Notes: a model not told the origin generated them from the letters alone. Counted from the first letter of the stretch, positions 29,687-41,331 are shown. The stretch is DNA of 64,000 bases from Thermoanaerobaculia bacterium (GCA_963816185.1 CAWFJJ010000006.1:23588-87587), one strand, 5' to 3'. Translations and numbers: made by a program.

Positions 29687-30742
29687 ATGAGAACACCGGC
29701 GTCCGTACGTTTCGTCACACCCCTCGCTTTGACCCTCGCGTTTGCCGCCGCCGCGGCGAGGGCCGACGTCGTGATCCCGTCGACTGTCTACCGCCGCGGC
29801 GCCGGCGGCGCCGAGTTCCGGAGCGACGTCCGGGTCTTAAACCCGACCGCCTCGCCGATCAACTACACGCCCGTCCTCTACGACCAGGTCTCCGGCCAGA
29901 CGCTCACGGCTCCCCTTCAGACGATCCCCGCACGGACACAACAGTCCTTCGACAACATCGTCGGGACGCTCTTCGGCAAGACGCTCGTGGACGGTGCGTT
30001 CGGGCCGATCCGTTTCCAGACGTCCGGCGCCATCCTCGTCTCGTCCTCCGTCAACAACTACAACGCCTGCGGCAACGGCGCGATCTCCGGCCAGTGGCTG
30101 CCCGGACTCGACGCGACGGCCGCCGTGAAGGCCGGGACGCTTGTTCAACTGGCCTCGAGCGTGGACCTGAACAGCGGGTACCGGACGAACGTCGTCTTCA
30201 CGAATCCCGGCACGCAGCCCGCGATCGTCACGGCGAAGGTGCGGAAGGGCGACGGTTCGCAGGTCTCGAGCGCGACGCTCGACCCGCTCGGGGCGAACGG
30301 GTTCGTCCAGATCGGCAACTGGGGCTCGTTCCCGGGCGTCGCGGGCACCGCAGACACGAATCTCTGGCTCGAGTTCACGAGCGACCAGCCCGTCCTCGCC
30401 TTCGCGTCCGTCATCAACAACGCGTCCGGAGATCCGTTCGCGATTGTCATGACGGCCGAGCCGAACGTCTCGTCGCCGGCTCCCGTCGCCTCCTATACCG
30501 TCTCCGACAGCCCCACGACGGGCCAGCTGGTCACGTTCACCGACACGTCCTCGAATTCCCCCGTGAATCGGTTCTGGGCGTTCGGCGACGGCACGGTCAG
30601 CACGACGACGACCAGCACCACGACGCATACATACTCGACGTCAGGGACGTACCACTCGGCGTTCTTCGTCGAAAATGCGAGCGGCTCGAGCAGCGCGACC
30701 AAGGACGTCGTCGTGGTGGGCAAACCCCCGGTGGGGTACTGA
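29687..30742 (+). CDS. Secreted PKD-domain protein
   Basis: Signal peptide; VTFTDTS..WAFGDG..HTYSTSGTY PKD motif. Confidence 0.8.
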   Translation: MRTPASVRFVTPLALTLAFAAAAARADVVIPSTVYRRGAGGAEFRSDVRVLNPTASPINYTPVLYDQVSGQTLTAPLQTIPARTQQSFDNIVGTLFGKTLVDGAFGPIRFQTSGAILVSSSVNNYNACGNGAISGQWLPGLDATAAVKAGTLVQLASSVDLNSGYRTNVVFTNPGTQPAIVTAKVRKGDGSQVSSATLDPLGANGFVQIGNWGSFPGVAGTADTNLWLEFTSDQPVLAFASVINNASGDPFAIVMTAEPNVSSPAPVASYTVSDSPTTGQLVTFTDTSSNSPVNRFWAFGDGTVSTTTTSTTTHTYSTSGTYHSAFFVENASGSSSATKDVVVVGKPPVGY

Positions 30743-30830
30743 TTCACTGGAAGAAGGTAGATCTCCGGAAAGCCGAACTCCCGCGGGAATAGAATCGCAG
30801 CCGCTCTTCGTCTCCGGAGGTTTCACGCCG

Positions 30831-33401
30831 ATGCTCGCCCCGGGGACCCGGCTGGGCCCGTACGAGATTCTCTCTCCGCTCGGGGCCGGCGGAATGGGGG
30901 AAGTCTACCGGGCAGTCGACGAGCGGCTGAAGCGCGAGGTCGCCGTGAAGGTGCTGTCGCGTTTCGGCAGCCACGACCCGGAGCGTCTGAAGCGCTTCGA
31001 GCAGGAGGCGCGCGCCGCCTCGGCGCTCTCCCACCCAAACATCCTGACGATCTTCGATGTCGGCGAAAACGAAGGCGTCCCGTTCGTCGTGTCGGAGCTC
31101 CTCGAGGGCGAGACGCTGAGGGAGCGTCTCGCCCGGGGACCGCTCCCGTCACGGAAGGTCGTCGAGCTCGCCCGGGAACTGGCGCGCGGCCTCGCCGCCG
31201 CGCACGAGGCCGGCATCGTGCACCGCGATCTGAAGCCGGAAAACGTCTTCCTGACAAAGGATGGGAGGCTGAAGATCCTCGACTTCGGCCTCGCGAAGAT
31301 CGTCTCGGGGTCCGAGGGCCGGAAGGCCGCCCCTGAGGCGACGACGATGACGGTCCTGACGGATTCCGGCTTCGTCGTGGGGACGGCGGGTTACATGTCG
31401 CCGGAGCAGGTGCGGGGCTTGCCCGTGGATCACAGGTCGGACATCTTTTCGTTCGGCTCGATCCTCTACGAGATGCTGACGGCACGGCGTGCGTTCCAAG
31501 GCGCGTCGGCCGTCGAGACGATGAACGCCGTTCTCACGACGGACCCGCCCGAGCTCGCGGGAATTTCGGCGGTCATGCCGCCGGGTCTCGAGAGAATCCT
31601 TCGGCACTGTCTCGAGAAGGAGCGGGACGACCGCTTCCAGTCGACGCGCGACCTCGCGTTCCACCTCGACGCGCTCTCGTCGATCTCGTCGGCTGCCCTT
31701 CCGGTTCCCGCCGTACCCGCGGTGCCGCGGCGACGGCCGCTTCTCCTCGCCGGCGCGGGCGTCCTCGCGGCAGCCGTCGTGGCGGGTGCGGTCTGGCTTC
31801 TTGCGACGCTGAATACGGTGGAGCCGGCCCGGTACCGCCAGCTCACGTTCCGACGGGGAACGATCCTGACGGCGCGCTTCGCGAAGGACGGCGAGTCGAT
31901 CGTCTACGGCGCCGCCTGGGATGGCGAGCCGTTCCGCGTCTTCTCCATGCGCGCGGGGAGTCCCGAGTCGGCGGCGGTCGCGCTTCCGCCCGCCGACGTC
32001 CTCTCGATTTCGGCGTCCGAGGAGCTCGCCCTCGCGCTGAACCAGCGCTTCGCGTTCGGATGGATCACCTCCGGGACGCTCGCTCGGGTGCCGTTCGCGG
32101 GCGGGGCGCCGCGGGAGCTCCTCGAGCGCGTGCAGGAGGCTGACTGGGCGCCGGACGGGAGCCTTGCCATCGTCCGGCGGGTCGAAGGACGGACGCGGCT
32201 CGAATGTCCGCAGGGACGCGTCCTGTTCGAGACGCCGAGCTGGGTCAGCCACCCGCGCGTCTCGCCCGACGGCAGCCGGATCGCGTTCCTCGACCATCCG
32301 GTCTACGCCGACGACCACGGCGCCGTGACCGTCGTCCGCGCCGGCGAGGCGCCGCGCCGTCTGACGCTCGTCTACGCCTCTGCGCAGGGGATCTCCTGGA
32401 CCCCGAACGGCCGCGAGATCTGGTTCTCGGCCTCCGAGAAGGGAGCGAATACGGCGCTCCTTGCGGTCACCCCCGCGGGCCGGGTCCGGACGGTGGTCCG
32501 GGCTCTCGGGCGTCTGCGGCTCCTCGACATCTCCCGCGCGGGGCGAGTCCTCGTCACCCGGGAAAGCTCGGTCGCCAGCGTCTTCGTCCGCGGACCCGGG
32601 GGCCGCGAGGAACGTGATCTCTCGTGGCTCGACCGCTCCACCGCCGAGGACCTTTCGGCCGACGGTACGAAGCTGCTCCTCAACGAGGAAGGGGAAGGGG
32701 CCGGCGCCTCGTCGAGCGTCTACCTCCGCGGGACCGACGGCTCCCCGGCCGTGCGGCTCGGCGAAGGGGTCGGCACGTCGCTCTCCGCCGACGGGAAATG
32801 GGCGGTCGCCATCAACTACGGCTCACCGCCCCAGCTCTGGCTCCTTCCCACCGGACCCGGAGAGCCGAGGCTCGTTCCCCGGGGGCCGATGGAGCAATAC
32901 CACTGGGCGCGCGTGCTCCCCGACGGGCGGCGCGTTTTGATCTCGGGCAATGAGAAGGGTGGAGGCGTCCGGCTCTTCGTCCAGGAGATCACCGGGGCAA
33001 CCGCGCGTCCGATCACGCCGGAAGGAACCGGCTACCTCCTGCCCCCGTCGCCGGACGGCAGGTTCGTCCCGTCGGCCGATCCGGAAGGACGGGTGAATCT
33101 CTACCCGGTCGACGGCGGCGAGCCCCGGCCGCTTCCCGGCATCGCGCGCGGGGACGAGGTCCTTCTCTGGAAGGCCGACGGCCGCTCGTTGCTCGTCCGG
33201 CGTGGGCTCAGCATGCCCGTCCGCATCGACCGCGTCGACGTCGCCACGGGCAAGGCAGAACTCTGGCGCGAGATCGCTCCGGCCGACCGGACAGGGATGA
33301 CCGAGGTCCCTTCGATCCGGGTTTCGGCGGACGAAAGCACGTTCACGTATACGGTGCATCGGCTTCTCTCCGAGCTCTACGTCGCCGACGGGTTACGCTG
33401 A
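30831..33401 (+). CDS. Ser/Thr protein kinase with TM and TolB/PD40 beta-propeller
   Basis: GAGGMGEV, HRDLKPEN, DFG, YMSPEQ; SPDG/SADG blades. Confidence 0.93.
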   Translation: MLAPGTRLGPYEILSPLGAGGMGEVYRAVDERLKREVAVKVLSRFGSHDPERLKRFEQEARAASALSHPNILTIFDVGENEGVPFVVSELLEGETLRERLARGPLPSRKVVELARELARGLAAAHEAGIVHRDLKPENVFLTKDGRLKILDFGLAKIVSGSEGRKAAPEATTMTVLTDSGFVVGTAGYMSPEQVRGLPVDHRSDIFSFGSILYEMLTARRAFQGASAVETMNAVLTTDPPELAGISAVMPPGLERILRHCLEKERDDRFQSTRDLAFHLDALSSISSAALPVPAVPAVPRRRPLLLAGAGVLAAAVVAGAVWLLATLNTVEPARYRQLTFRRGTILTARFAKDGESIVYGAAWDGEPFRVFSMRAGSPESAAVALPPADVLSISASEELALALNQRFAFGWITSGTLARVPFAGGAPRELLERVQEADWAPDGSLAIVRRVEGRTRLECPQGRVLFETPSWVSHPRVSPDGSRIAFLDHPVYADDHGAVTVVRAGEAPRRLTLVYASAQGISWTPNGREIWFSASEKGANTALLAVTPAGRVRTVVRALGRLRLLDISRAGRVLVTRESSVASVFVRGPGGREERDLSWLDRSTAEDLSADGTKLLLNEEGEGAGASSSVYLRGTDGSPAVRLGEGVGTSLSADGKWAVAINYGSPPQLWLLPTGPGEPRLVPRGPMEQYHWARVLPDGRRVLISGNEKGGGVRLFVQEITGATARPITPEGTGYLLPPSPDGRFVPSADPEGRVNLYPVDGGEPRPLPGIARGDEVLLWKADGRSLLVRRGLSMPVRIDRVDVATGKAELWREIAPADRTGMTEVPSIRVSADESTFTYTVHRLLSELYVADGLR

Positions 33402-33496
33402 TTGCGCCCACCTGTGACGCAGATCAACTCTGGAGACGAGGCGATGGAGCTAGCATCGCGGCCGGGAGCCGGCCCAGCAGCGGCGCCGAAACATCG

Positions 33497-34201
33497 ATGC
33501 AGAGTGCGGAACAGGTTGCACGGATACGCTCGATCTTCGGGGGCACCGCTTCTGTCTACGACGAAATCGTGGACGCGGCGACGCAGGGTGAGGATCGCTA
33601 CTGGAAAGAGCGGGTGCTGGAGAAACTGGACCAGCCACGGCGTGTCCTCGACCTCGCCTGCGGGACCGGAATTCTCGCCTTCATGATCAGGGACCGCTTT
33701 CCCGCCACGCGGGTGGTCGGCCTCGACATCTCGGAGGAGTACCTCGACCGCGCTCGGGCGCGCGCCCACGGGCGGCGCGACGACGGCGTCGAGTTCGTGT
33801 GCGGGGCCGCCGAGGAGCTGGACGTCCCGAAGGCCTTCGACGCCATCACCTCGTGCTACCTCCCGAAATACGCGAACCTGCCGCTCCTCGCGAGCCGCCT
33901 CGGAGAAAAGCTCGAGAGAGGAGCGCGCCTCGTGATGCAGGACTTCGACTACCCCGAGCGCGCGGAGGTTCAGGCCGTCTGGGAGGCCCGCTTCGAATCG
34001 CTTCGCCGCTGGGCGCACGCGTCGCGGCCCGAGGCCGAGCGCATGATGACCGTGCTTCCCGGGATCATCCGGGAGTCACGGTGGAGTCGCAACCTGCCGG
34101 AACTGCTCGTTCGGGAGGGTTTCACCGACGTGACGCTCGAGCGGCTGAGTCTTGGAACGTCCTCGATCGTGTCGGCACGATGGAAACTTCCGGTCCAGTA
34201 G
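33497..34201 (+). CDS. Class I SAM-dependent methyltransferase (UbiE-like)
   Basis: VLDLACGTG, VVGLDIS, FDAI motifs. Confidence 0.85.
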   Translation: MQSAEQVARIRSIFGGTASVYDEIVDAATQGEDRYWKERVLEKLDQPRRVLDLACGTGILAFMIRDRFPATRVVGLDISEEYLDRARARAHGRRDDGVEFVCGAAEELDVPKAFDAITSCYLPKYANLPLLASRLGEKLERGARLVMQDFDYPERAEVQAVWEARFESLRRWAHASRPEAERMMTVLPGIIRESRWSRNLPELLVREGFTDVTLERLSLGTSSIVSARWKLPVQ

Positions 34202-34343
34202 CCTCTCCCTAAGGCAAGAAAGTCGCTCGGAAGCTCTTCGACGAAACCCTAAACAAGGGTGAGTGGGACACCTACCTCGCCACCCACGCCCCGGCGTTTC
34301 AGGCGCACTCCCTTGACAGAATCCGAGTCGCAATCGAGACTGA

Positions 34344-37300
34344 ATGATCAGCGGAACGCCCGCCGACGACGCCGAAACGACACTGGACACGCCGGGCCTG
34401 AAGGACGGGGCGGGTCGTCCGATCCTGCCGGCCGATCGGGCAGCCGCGGGCGAAGCGTCCGAGGCCACGGACTCGTTCATCCGGCCGGGCCTCGTCATGA
34501 ACGGGCGCTACCGGGTCGACCGTCTCCTCGCGCGCGGGGGAATGGGAGGCGTCTACCGCGTCGACGATCAGCTCTTTCCGGGGCGTCCGACGGCCCTCAA
34601 GATCTTCCTTCACCCGCTCCGGAACACGGTCGAGCTGTTCCGCGCCGAGTTCAGAACCATGGCGTCGCTGCGCCACCCGAACGTCGCCCGCGTGTACGAC
34701 TTCGAGCAGGTCGCGGGCCAGGACGCGTTCTTCTTCACGATGGAGCTCCTGCCCGGCGTGCCGCTCGACCGCTTCCTGGCCGAGCCGCGCGCCGAAGCGG
34801 AGACGTCCGATGCGGGGTCTCCGCCGCCCGCCTCCACGGTCGACGCGTCGGCCGTGCGCGGCCCCTCGGCCGGGCGGATCGTGCCGTGGGGGGACGCTCT
34901 CGAGCTTCTCGTCCCCGTCATCCGCGCGCTCGCGTACCTTCACGGCCGCGGCGTCGTCCACTTCGACCTCAAGCCCGGCAACATCGTGGTCAGCTCGCGC
35001 GGCGCCCAGCGCCACGTGAAGGTCCTCGACTTCGGCCTCGCGGGCCTGCGCGGCGTCCGCGGGCTCGTGATGGGCACTCCGCATTACCTCTCGCCCGAGA
35101 TCGCGAGCGCGAAGGAAGGCGACCACCGCTCCGACCTCTACAGCCTCGGCATCATGGCGTACCGCCTGCTGACGGGCGAAACGCCATTCAGCACGACGCA
35201 GGGCCTCAGCGTCCTCCTCAAGCGGAAGCTCACCGAGCCGGTGCGCTTCACGAGTGCGCACGCGGAACGCGTGCCGGACTGGCTCCGCACGATCGTCGAG
35301 CGCCTCTGCTCCGTCGATCCGGCCGGGCGACCCGCGAGCGCCGGCGACCTCCTCGACGAGATCAACCGCGCGGGCGGCCTCGCGTACGAACTCGAGACGC
35401 GCGACGCCCGCGAGAACTATCTCTTCTCGAGCGCCTTCGTCGGCCGCTCTCACGAGATGGAGGACGTGAACCGCTCGATCGACGCGGCCCTCAAGGGCGA
35501 TCGGCACGCCGGCCTCTTCGTCACGGGCCGGAGCGGCATGGGGAAGTCGCGCCTCATGCGCGAGGTGCGGCTGGCCGTCCAGCTGCGCGGCGTCCCGTTC
35601 CTCGAGGTCGACTGCTTCGAGCGCGACCTGACCGAGTCCGGGCCGATGGCGAACCTCGTCCTGCAGGCCGCCCGCCTCGCGACATCCGTGGGCGCGCAGT
35701 CGCTCCTCAATGCGCACGCGCCGGAGATGGTCAAGCTCGTTCCGTCGCTCCCGCTCGACGCGGGGGTCGCGCCGACGCCGCCGCTCCCGAACGCGGACGC
35801 CGAACGCCGGCGCGTCCTCGAGGCCATCGCCGCGTTCCTCGTCGGGCTCGGCCGCATCACGCCGTACGTCGCGTACGTGAACGACTTTCAGTGGGCGCGC
35901 GACGGCACCGTCGACGTCGCCTCGTCGCTCCTCGCGATCCGCTCGGGCGCGGCTGTCGCGGCCACGGGCTCGAAGTTCTGCCTCCTCGGCAGCTACCGCG
36001 TCGACGACGTGACGGGCCGGCCGCTCGCGCGCCTCGTCCAGCCGGGACCCGAGCGCCCGGCGCCGCGCGTCGTCGAGCTCTCCCCGCTTCGCGACGAGGA
36101 CGTCGCCGGCCTCCTCAGGTCCATGCTCGGCCTCTCCGAGCTGCCCGATTGGCTCGCCGCGCACGTCGCCGAGTCGAGCGAGGGCCTCCCGTTCTTCGTC
36201 GAGGAGATCCTGCGCGACCTCCTCGAAGAGGGCCGGCTCGGGATGGCGGACGGAAGGGGTGCAAAGCTCGCCGAGGGCCTGCGCATCGACGCGGCCGCGT
36301 CCTTCCTGAAGCGCGCGGCGCGCGTCTCGCCCGGCGAGCGGAGCCTCCTCGACATCCTCGCCGTCTCGGGGCGGCCCTTGGACACGGACGTCCTGCAGGA
36401 GGTGAGCGGCCTTCCGCGGCCGGCGGCCCGCGAGGCCCTCCAGATCCTCGGCGAGAAGCAGATGGTCGTCGCGATCCAGGGCGAGAAGGAGCGCTACAAC
36501 CTCGCCCACGACCGCATGCGCGAGGCGCTCTACGTGGGCCTGCACGCGGACGCGCAGACGGCCCTCCACCTGCGCCTCGGGAGGAGCCTCGCCCGCGCGC
36601 TCGCGGCGGGCGGCCGGTGGGAGACGCTCTTCGAGGCCGTCGCCCACTTCGGCCAGGCCCTCGACCGCGACGGCCCCGGGGCGCTCGCCGACGAAGCCGA
36701 GCGCACGGGCGTCGCGCGCCTTCAGCTTCGGGCGGCCGTGGCCACGAACGCGACGGGAGCCTTCTCGACCGGCGTCTCCTACCTCGAGCGCGCGCTCTCC
36801 CTCCTCCCCGAGCGCGCGTACGAGCGTACGTACGACCTTGCCCTCGCCGTCGACCACGCGCTCGCCGCGACGCTCATCCCGCTCGGGCGCGTCGACGAGG
36901 CGCTAAGGGCCGCGGACCGCATCGTCGCGAACGCGCGCGGCGCCCTCGACGAGTCGCCCGGATGGGAGGCCCGCATTCTCGCGTACGCCGCGCTCAACGA
37001 GTATCCGAAGGCGATCGCGGCCGGCATCGAGATCTGCGGGCGGCTCGGCCTCGCGCTGCCCACGGACCCCACGCGCCTCGACATCGCCCGGATCCTCGGC
37101 CGCGTCCTCTGGAAGGTCCGCAACATGACGGACGAGACGCTCGCCACGCTCCCAGAGGTCGAGGACCCGCGCGCCCTGCGCCTCATTCGCATCATGTCGT
37201 CGATGACGGCGTGCGCGTACGTCTCGCGGCCGTACCTGTGGCCCGTCCTCATCGGCAATTGCCTGACGCTCATGCTGCGCCACGGCCGCGGGCCCACGCA

Positions 37301-38334
37301 CGCGCTCCTCTTCGTCTGGTTCGCGACGGCGCTCAACGCCGTGGGCCTCTACGGCGCGTCGGTGCGCTTCTCGCGCCTCGGCACGCGCCTCATGGGCGCG
37401 CCCGACGGCGCCGCGTTCCTCCCGAAGCTGCACCACGCGATGGGGCAGTTCGTGTCGCACTGGAGGGAGCCGATCGCCCGCTCGGCCGAGTGGTGCCGCG
37501 AGGGCTACGCGCTCGGCCGGCGCGTGGAGGACGCGGAGTTCGCGGGCTACTGCCACATGGGCTGGGCGAAGGCGCGGCTCGAGATGGGCGAGCCGCTCTC
37601 CGAGGTGCGGACGACGGCGCTCGACGCCCTCGAGACGATCCGGGCTTCGGGACAGATCGGCACCGAGGTCATGCACCGGACGACGATCGAAGTCGTCGAC
37701 GCCCTCATGGGCCTCGCCCCCGTGCCGGCCGCCGGCGCCGGCGACGCCGCGCGCTCCGCCGAGCTCAGCAACACGCAGAACGCTTTCCGCCTCCTCGACC
37801 GCGCGCGCCTCCTCTGCTTCTTCCGGAGGAGCGGCGGCTCCGCGCTGGGACGCGAGCTCCTGAAGGTGAGCGAGATCGGCCTGCCGGCGACGTTCTTCCT
37901 CTCCATCGCGCACTACGTCGCGTGCCTGGGCTGGATGCTCGAGGCGCGCCGCGGCGGCGCCTTCACGCGGCTCGCAGTGCCTCGTTCGCGTGCGCCTTGC
38001 GCGCGGCCGGATTCGCAAATGGGCGCGCCTCTGCCCCCACAATTTCGAGCACCGCGCGCTCCTCGTGGACGCCGAGTGGCTGCGCACGACGGGACGCCCC
38101 GGGCGCTCGCTTCGCAGATACGAAGAGGCGATCGCGGCGGCGTACGACCACGGGTTCGTCCAGGACGCGGGGCTCGCGCACGAACTCGCGGCCGAGATGC
38201 TGGTCGACCGCGGGGACGAGCGCGCGGCGCGGACGCACGTCCTCGCGGCGCTGGAGAGATACCGCGCGTGGGGCGCCGACGCGAAGGTCCTGGACCTGCA
38301 GACGCGTTACGCCCGATTCCTCGCCGCCGCCTGA
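34344..38334 (+). CDS. Ser/Thr kinase-AAA ATPase (STAND-like)-helical repeat protein; frameshift near 37975
   Basis: ARGGMGGV, HFDLKPGN, DFG; FVGR..E, Walker A GRSGMGKS, NDFQWA, GLPFFVEE, HDRMRE; C-terminus (CPHNFEHR..AWGADAKV) lies in the 37990-38334 frame. Confidence 0.85.
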
Positions 38335-38353
38335 CGCGTGACCGCCCGGCCGG

Positions 38354-40508
38354 TCAGATCGAGATGCTGTTCGGAATCATCGAGGGCAGCTGGTTCTCGT
38401 AAGGCAGCGGGCGCGTCCGGTTGCGCTTGCGGATCTCGGCCTCGATGGCGGCGAGCGCCATCCTGAAGTCGACGTTGACGGCCTCGGCCCGCGCGTCGGC
38501 GAAGTAGGGCCGGCGGGGATTGTCGGAGTACGTGCCGAACGTGTCGTACTGCACGCTGCTCAGGAGGTACCCGAACGCCACCTGGTAGAGCGCGACGTCG
38601 ACGGGCGGCAGCAAGCCGAGCAGGGGGTCGGGAGAACCGGCGGCCCTCGAGCCCGAGGGCGGCGGCGCGTACGCCGTGCCCGAGACGCTCGGCAGGTACG
38701 ACATCAGGGGGTACTGCGCGTAGTTCACGTTCGCGTGCTGCGGTCCGGCCGTGTAGACGATGAGCGACACCATGTCGACGAGGTAGTCGAAGCTGTCGAG
38801 CTGCGCCGTGCCCTGTCCCTCGGCGCCGCCTGTCGAACGTCAGGCCGCCGAGCCCGCGGAACGCCGCGCCGGCCGGGCTCGTGATCTCCTCGACCCACGC
38901 CTGCACTTCCTTGTCCGCGCGCACGTCGTCGTTGCCCGCCGTAGTAGCACGCGAGATACGCGCGCACGTACTCGCGGATCGCGTCCCAGAGGAGGAGGGT
39001 GTCGTCGCGGAACGGGAACTCGGGCAGCCGCTCGCGGTCGACTCCCCGGAGCGCGAACAGGCGGTGCGGCAGGTTCTGGTCGAAGCGCCACGCGAGCCGC
39101 GCGTCCCGCACCATCCCGAGGCTTCCGGCGATGCTCGGCGACAGCACCGACGCCACGACGCCGTGCGGAATGATGAGGCTGTGCTTGGCGCCCTCGTTGA
39201 TGTCGAGCGTGAACCGGAAGTGCGGCGCCAGGAGCGCGAGGATCGGATGCTCGACCGAGAGCTGGCGGTTCGTGGCGACGACGAGCGTCTCGACGGTGAG
39301 ATGGCAGGCGCCGAGGTGCGCGACCGTCTCGTGCTGCACGGCGACGGCGTTCAGCACCCAGAACTTCGCGACCTTCCACGCCGTGGCGTCGCCGCCGGGA
39401 AGGAAGATCGGACAGGTCACGGGGTCGTGCTTCTGGCCGACCTGGATCGCGACCGGCTGCAGGCTGCCGCGCCCCTCCGGGAAACCCGGCCCCGGCTCGG
39501 GGTTCCAGTAGAAGAGGGCGATCGGCGCGGCGAGGTAGCGCTGGTCCCCGTGGAGCCTGCTCGCCTCTACGCCGTCGAACATCGTGAGGTCGAGCGCGTA
39601 GAGACGGCCGATCTCCGCCGCCCGCTGCAGCGTGAGGGACGAGTCGCCGGAGGCGGCCTTCAAGCATCGCGTCGGTCACGGGCATCTTCGAAAGCAGAGC
39701 GCCGAGGTCGACCGCGAGCTCGGGTGCCATACCCCTCGGGAAGACGCCCTTGAGGTTCGAAGTGTTGAAGCCGGCGATCTGGAGCCAGCCGAAATACCAG
39801 TCGCTCTCCCACACCTCCTGGCCGGGCGCGAGGCGCATCCACGGCTGCGGCTCGAAGTTCGATCACGGCGGGCGGTCCGGGGAAGCCCGGGTACAGCGTC
39901 TTGAACTCCGCGAGGTCCTTCGCGTGCAGGTACCCGTCGCCCGTCTGTGGCGTCCGGAGAACTTCGTAGAGCGTGTCCCTCAGGAACGACGTGATGCCGA
40001 CGTCCTTCATGTCCTGGAGCGACTTCGAGACCGCCTTCTCGAGCCCCTCGACGAGCGGCGGGATCTCGGACATCTTCTTGTACGCCTCAGCGAGCTCCGG
40101 CGGGCCGCCTTCGAGCGACTCGAAGATCCTGACGATTGCAGCGAGGTCCGCGGGGACGTTCAGCGGGTTGAGACCCGAGAACTGTTTCTTCGCGGCGTCG
40201 ATCGCGCTCTGCAGCGCGACCATCCACGGCATCGGCATCGCCGGAAGGTCCGCGCGCAGCTGCGCCTCGAATCGGGCGACGAGGACGCTCTTGAGGTTCT
40301 CGGCGACCTCGAGGAGGACGGGCGCGACCTTCGCCTTGTACGCGAGCGAGAACCTCTCGGAGTCGGGCACCTGCGCCGCGAGCGGCGCGGGGTACAGGTA
40401 GCTCGTCGTGTAGTTGTATCGCGTGCGCGCGAGCGAGAGCTCGTAGCTCCGGTGATGGGCACGTTTCTCGTCGTCCTTCTGCGGGAGGGATGGAAGGGAG
40501 CCAATCAC
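38354..40508 (-). pseudogene. Lipoxygenase, split by ~4 frameshifts (pseudogene or sequencing errors)
   Basis: DWYFGWLQIAGFN, QHETVAHLGACHL, PHFRFTLDIN, FPFRDD, GPQHANVNYAQY and C-terminal IPNSISI spread across frames; GTG start after GAGGAGG. Confidence 0.85.
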
Positions 40509-40701
40509 GAAGCCTCCTCGACACGTCATCGGACGACCGGGTTACGTGCAGGCAGTATACAGACGCGTCAACCAGTCTCAACCGCAGGCGGGCTGGGCGA
40601 GGTCTACGGGGCGAATAACACGAAGATCGAACGCGGCGCTGCTACTCGTGTGTAATAGTTGACGTCTGGGGTTCAGAAGTAATTGGGCCTGAGGTGGAAC
40701 G

Positions 40702-41106
40702 ATGAACAAGAGCGCAGATCGCTACACCATTAGTTTGCTTGGGCCATTTGGTCCAGCGAGGCTCGTGGGCAGTTTCTCCGGCACGTCCGGGATCTTCCCC
40801 ACCCACCACATTCAAAAGGTCGCCGGCATAAACAAGGCGGGTGACGTCACGTTGAAGCGCGGAGTGGTCGATTCTTCGTGCTTGTGGAATTGGATTTCGC
40901 AAGTCAGGCAGTCGGGAGGCGCGAGCGAACACGACGTCATTATCACGCGGCTGGTTACCGCCAACCGCCCGATCCAGGCGTGGAGGCTGCGCAACGCCAA
41001 GCCGACGAAGTACACAGGTCCGCCGCTGGGTGGAAAGAGTGGCAAGGTAGCTATGGAGGAACTCGTTCTGTCCGCAGAAGCGATCGAGATCGTGCCTCCG
41101 GGCTGA
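40702..41106 (+). CDS. T4 gp19-like / contractile injection system tail tube protein (orphan, N-terminus divergent)
   Basis: KVAGINKAGDVTLKRGV..LWNW, AWRLRNAKPTKYTGP.L.GK..VAMEELVL..E. Confidence 0.8.
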   Translation: MNKSADRYTISLLGPFGPARLVGSFSGTSGIFPTHHIQKVAGINKAGDVTLKRGVVDSSCLWNWISQVRQSGGASEHDVIITRLVTANRPIQAWRLRNAKPTKYTGPPLGGKSGKVAMEELVLSAEAIEIVPPG

Positions 41107-41163
41107 AGCCGGAGATCGGCGACGCTCGTCCGCATCTCGAGGGCTTCGCGGCGCTGGGGGCTG

Positions 41164-41331
41164 GCCCCGGGGATTGACTTTTGCCGTGTCCGGCACCACG
41201 TTGAGACAAAGACGATGTTGAGGCGTTGACCTGCCGGGCCCTTCGTGGACACCTACGCCCGTCAGCGAGCCACTAGTGAAACCGGCAACGTCGCGATACC
41301 GGTTTTTTGCTTTCTCCGACGGCTTCGAGGG
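41164..41331 (+). ncRNA. Promoter + c-di-GMP-II-like riboswitch + terminator, copy 2
   Basis: Same core as 26922-27087; GGCGT pairs with ACGCC here (G-C in place of G-U); terminator AACCGGCAACG-TCG-CGATACCGGTT-TTTT has two mismatches. Confidence 0.65.

Noticed and set aside
34259-38341. 1360-aa Arg/Pro-rich ORF and similar long alternate-frame or antisense ORFs (e.g. 14796-17180, 6820-8787, 34299-36857)
   Set aside because: Shadow ORFs typical of high-GC DNA overlapping genes with clear motifs
37960-39860. Programmed frameshifting in the kinase-AAA and lipoxygenase genes
   Set aside because: Five clustered shifts with no evident slippery or stimulator motifs; sequencing error or decay is more parsimonious
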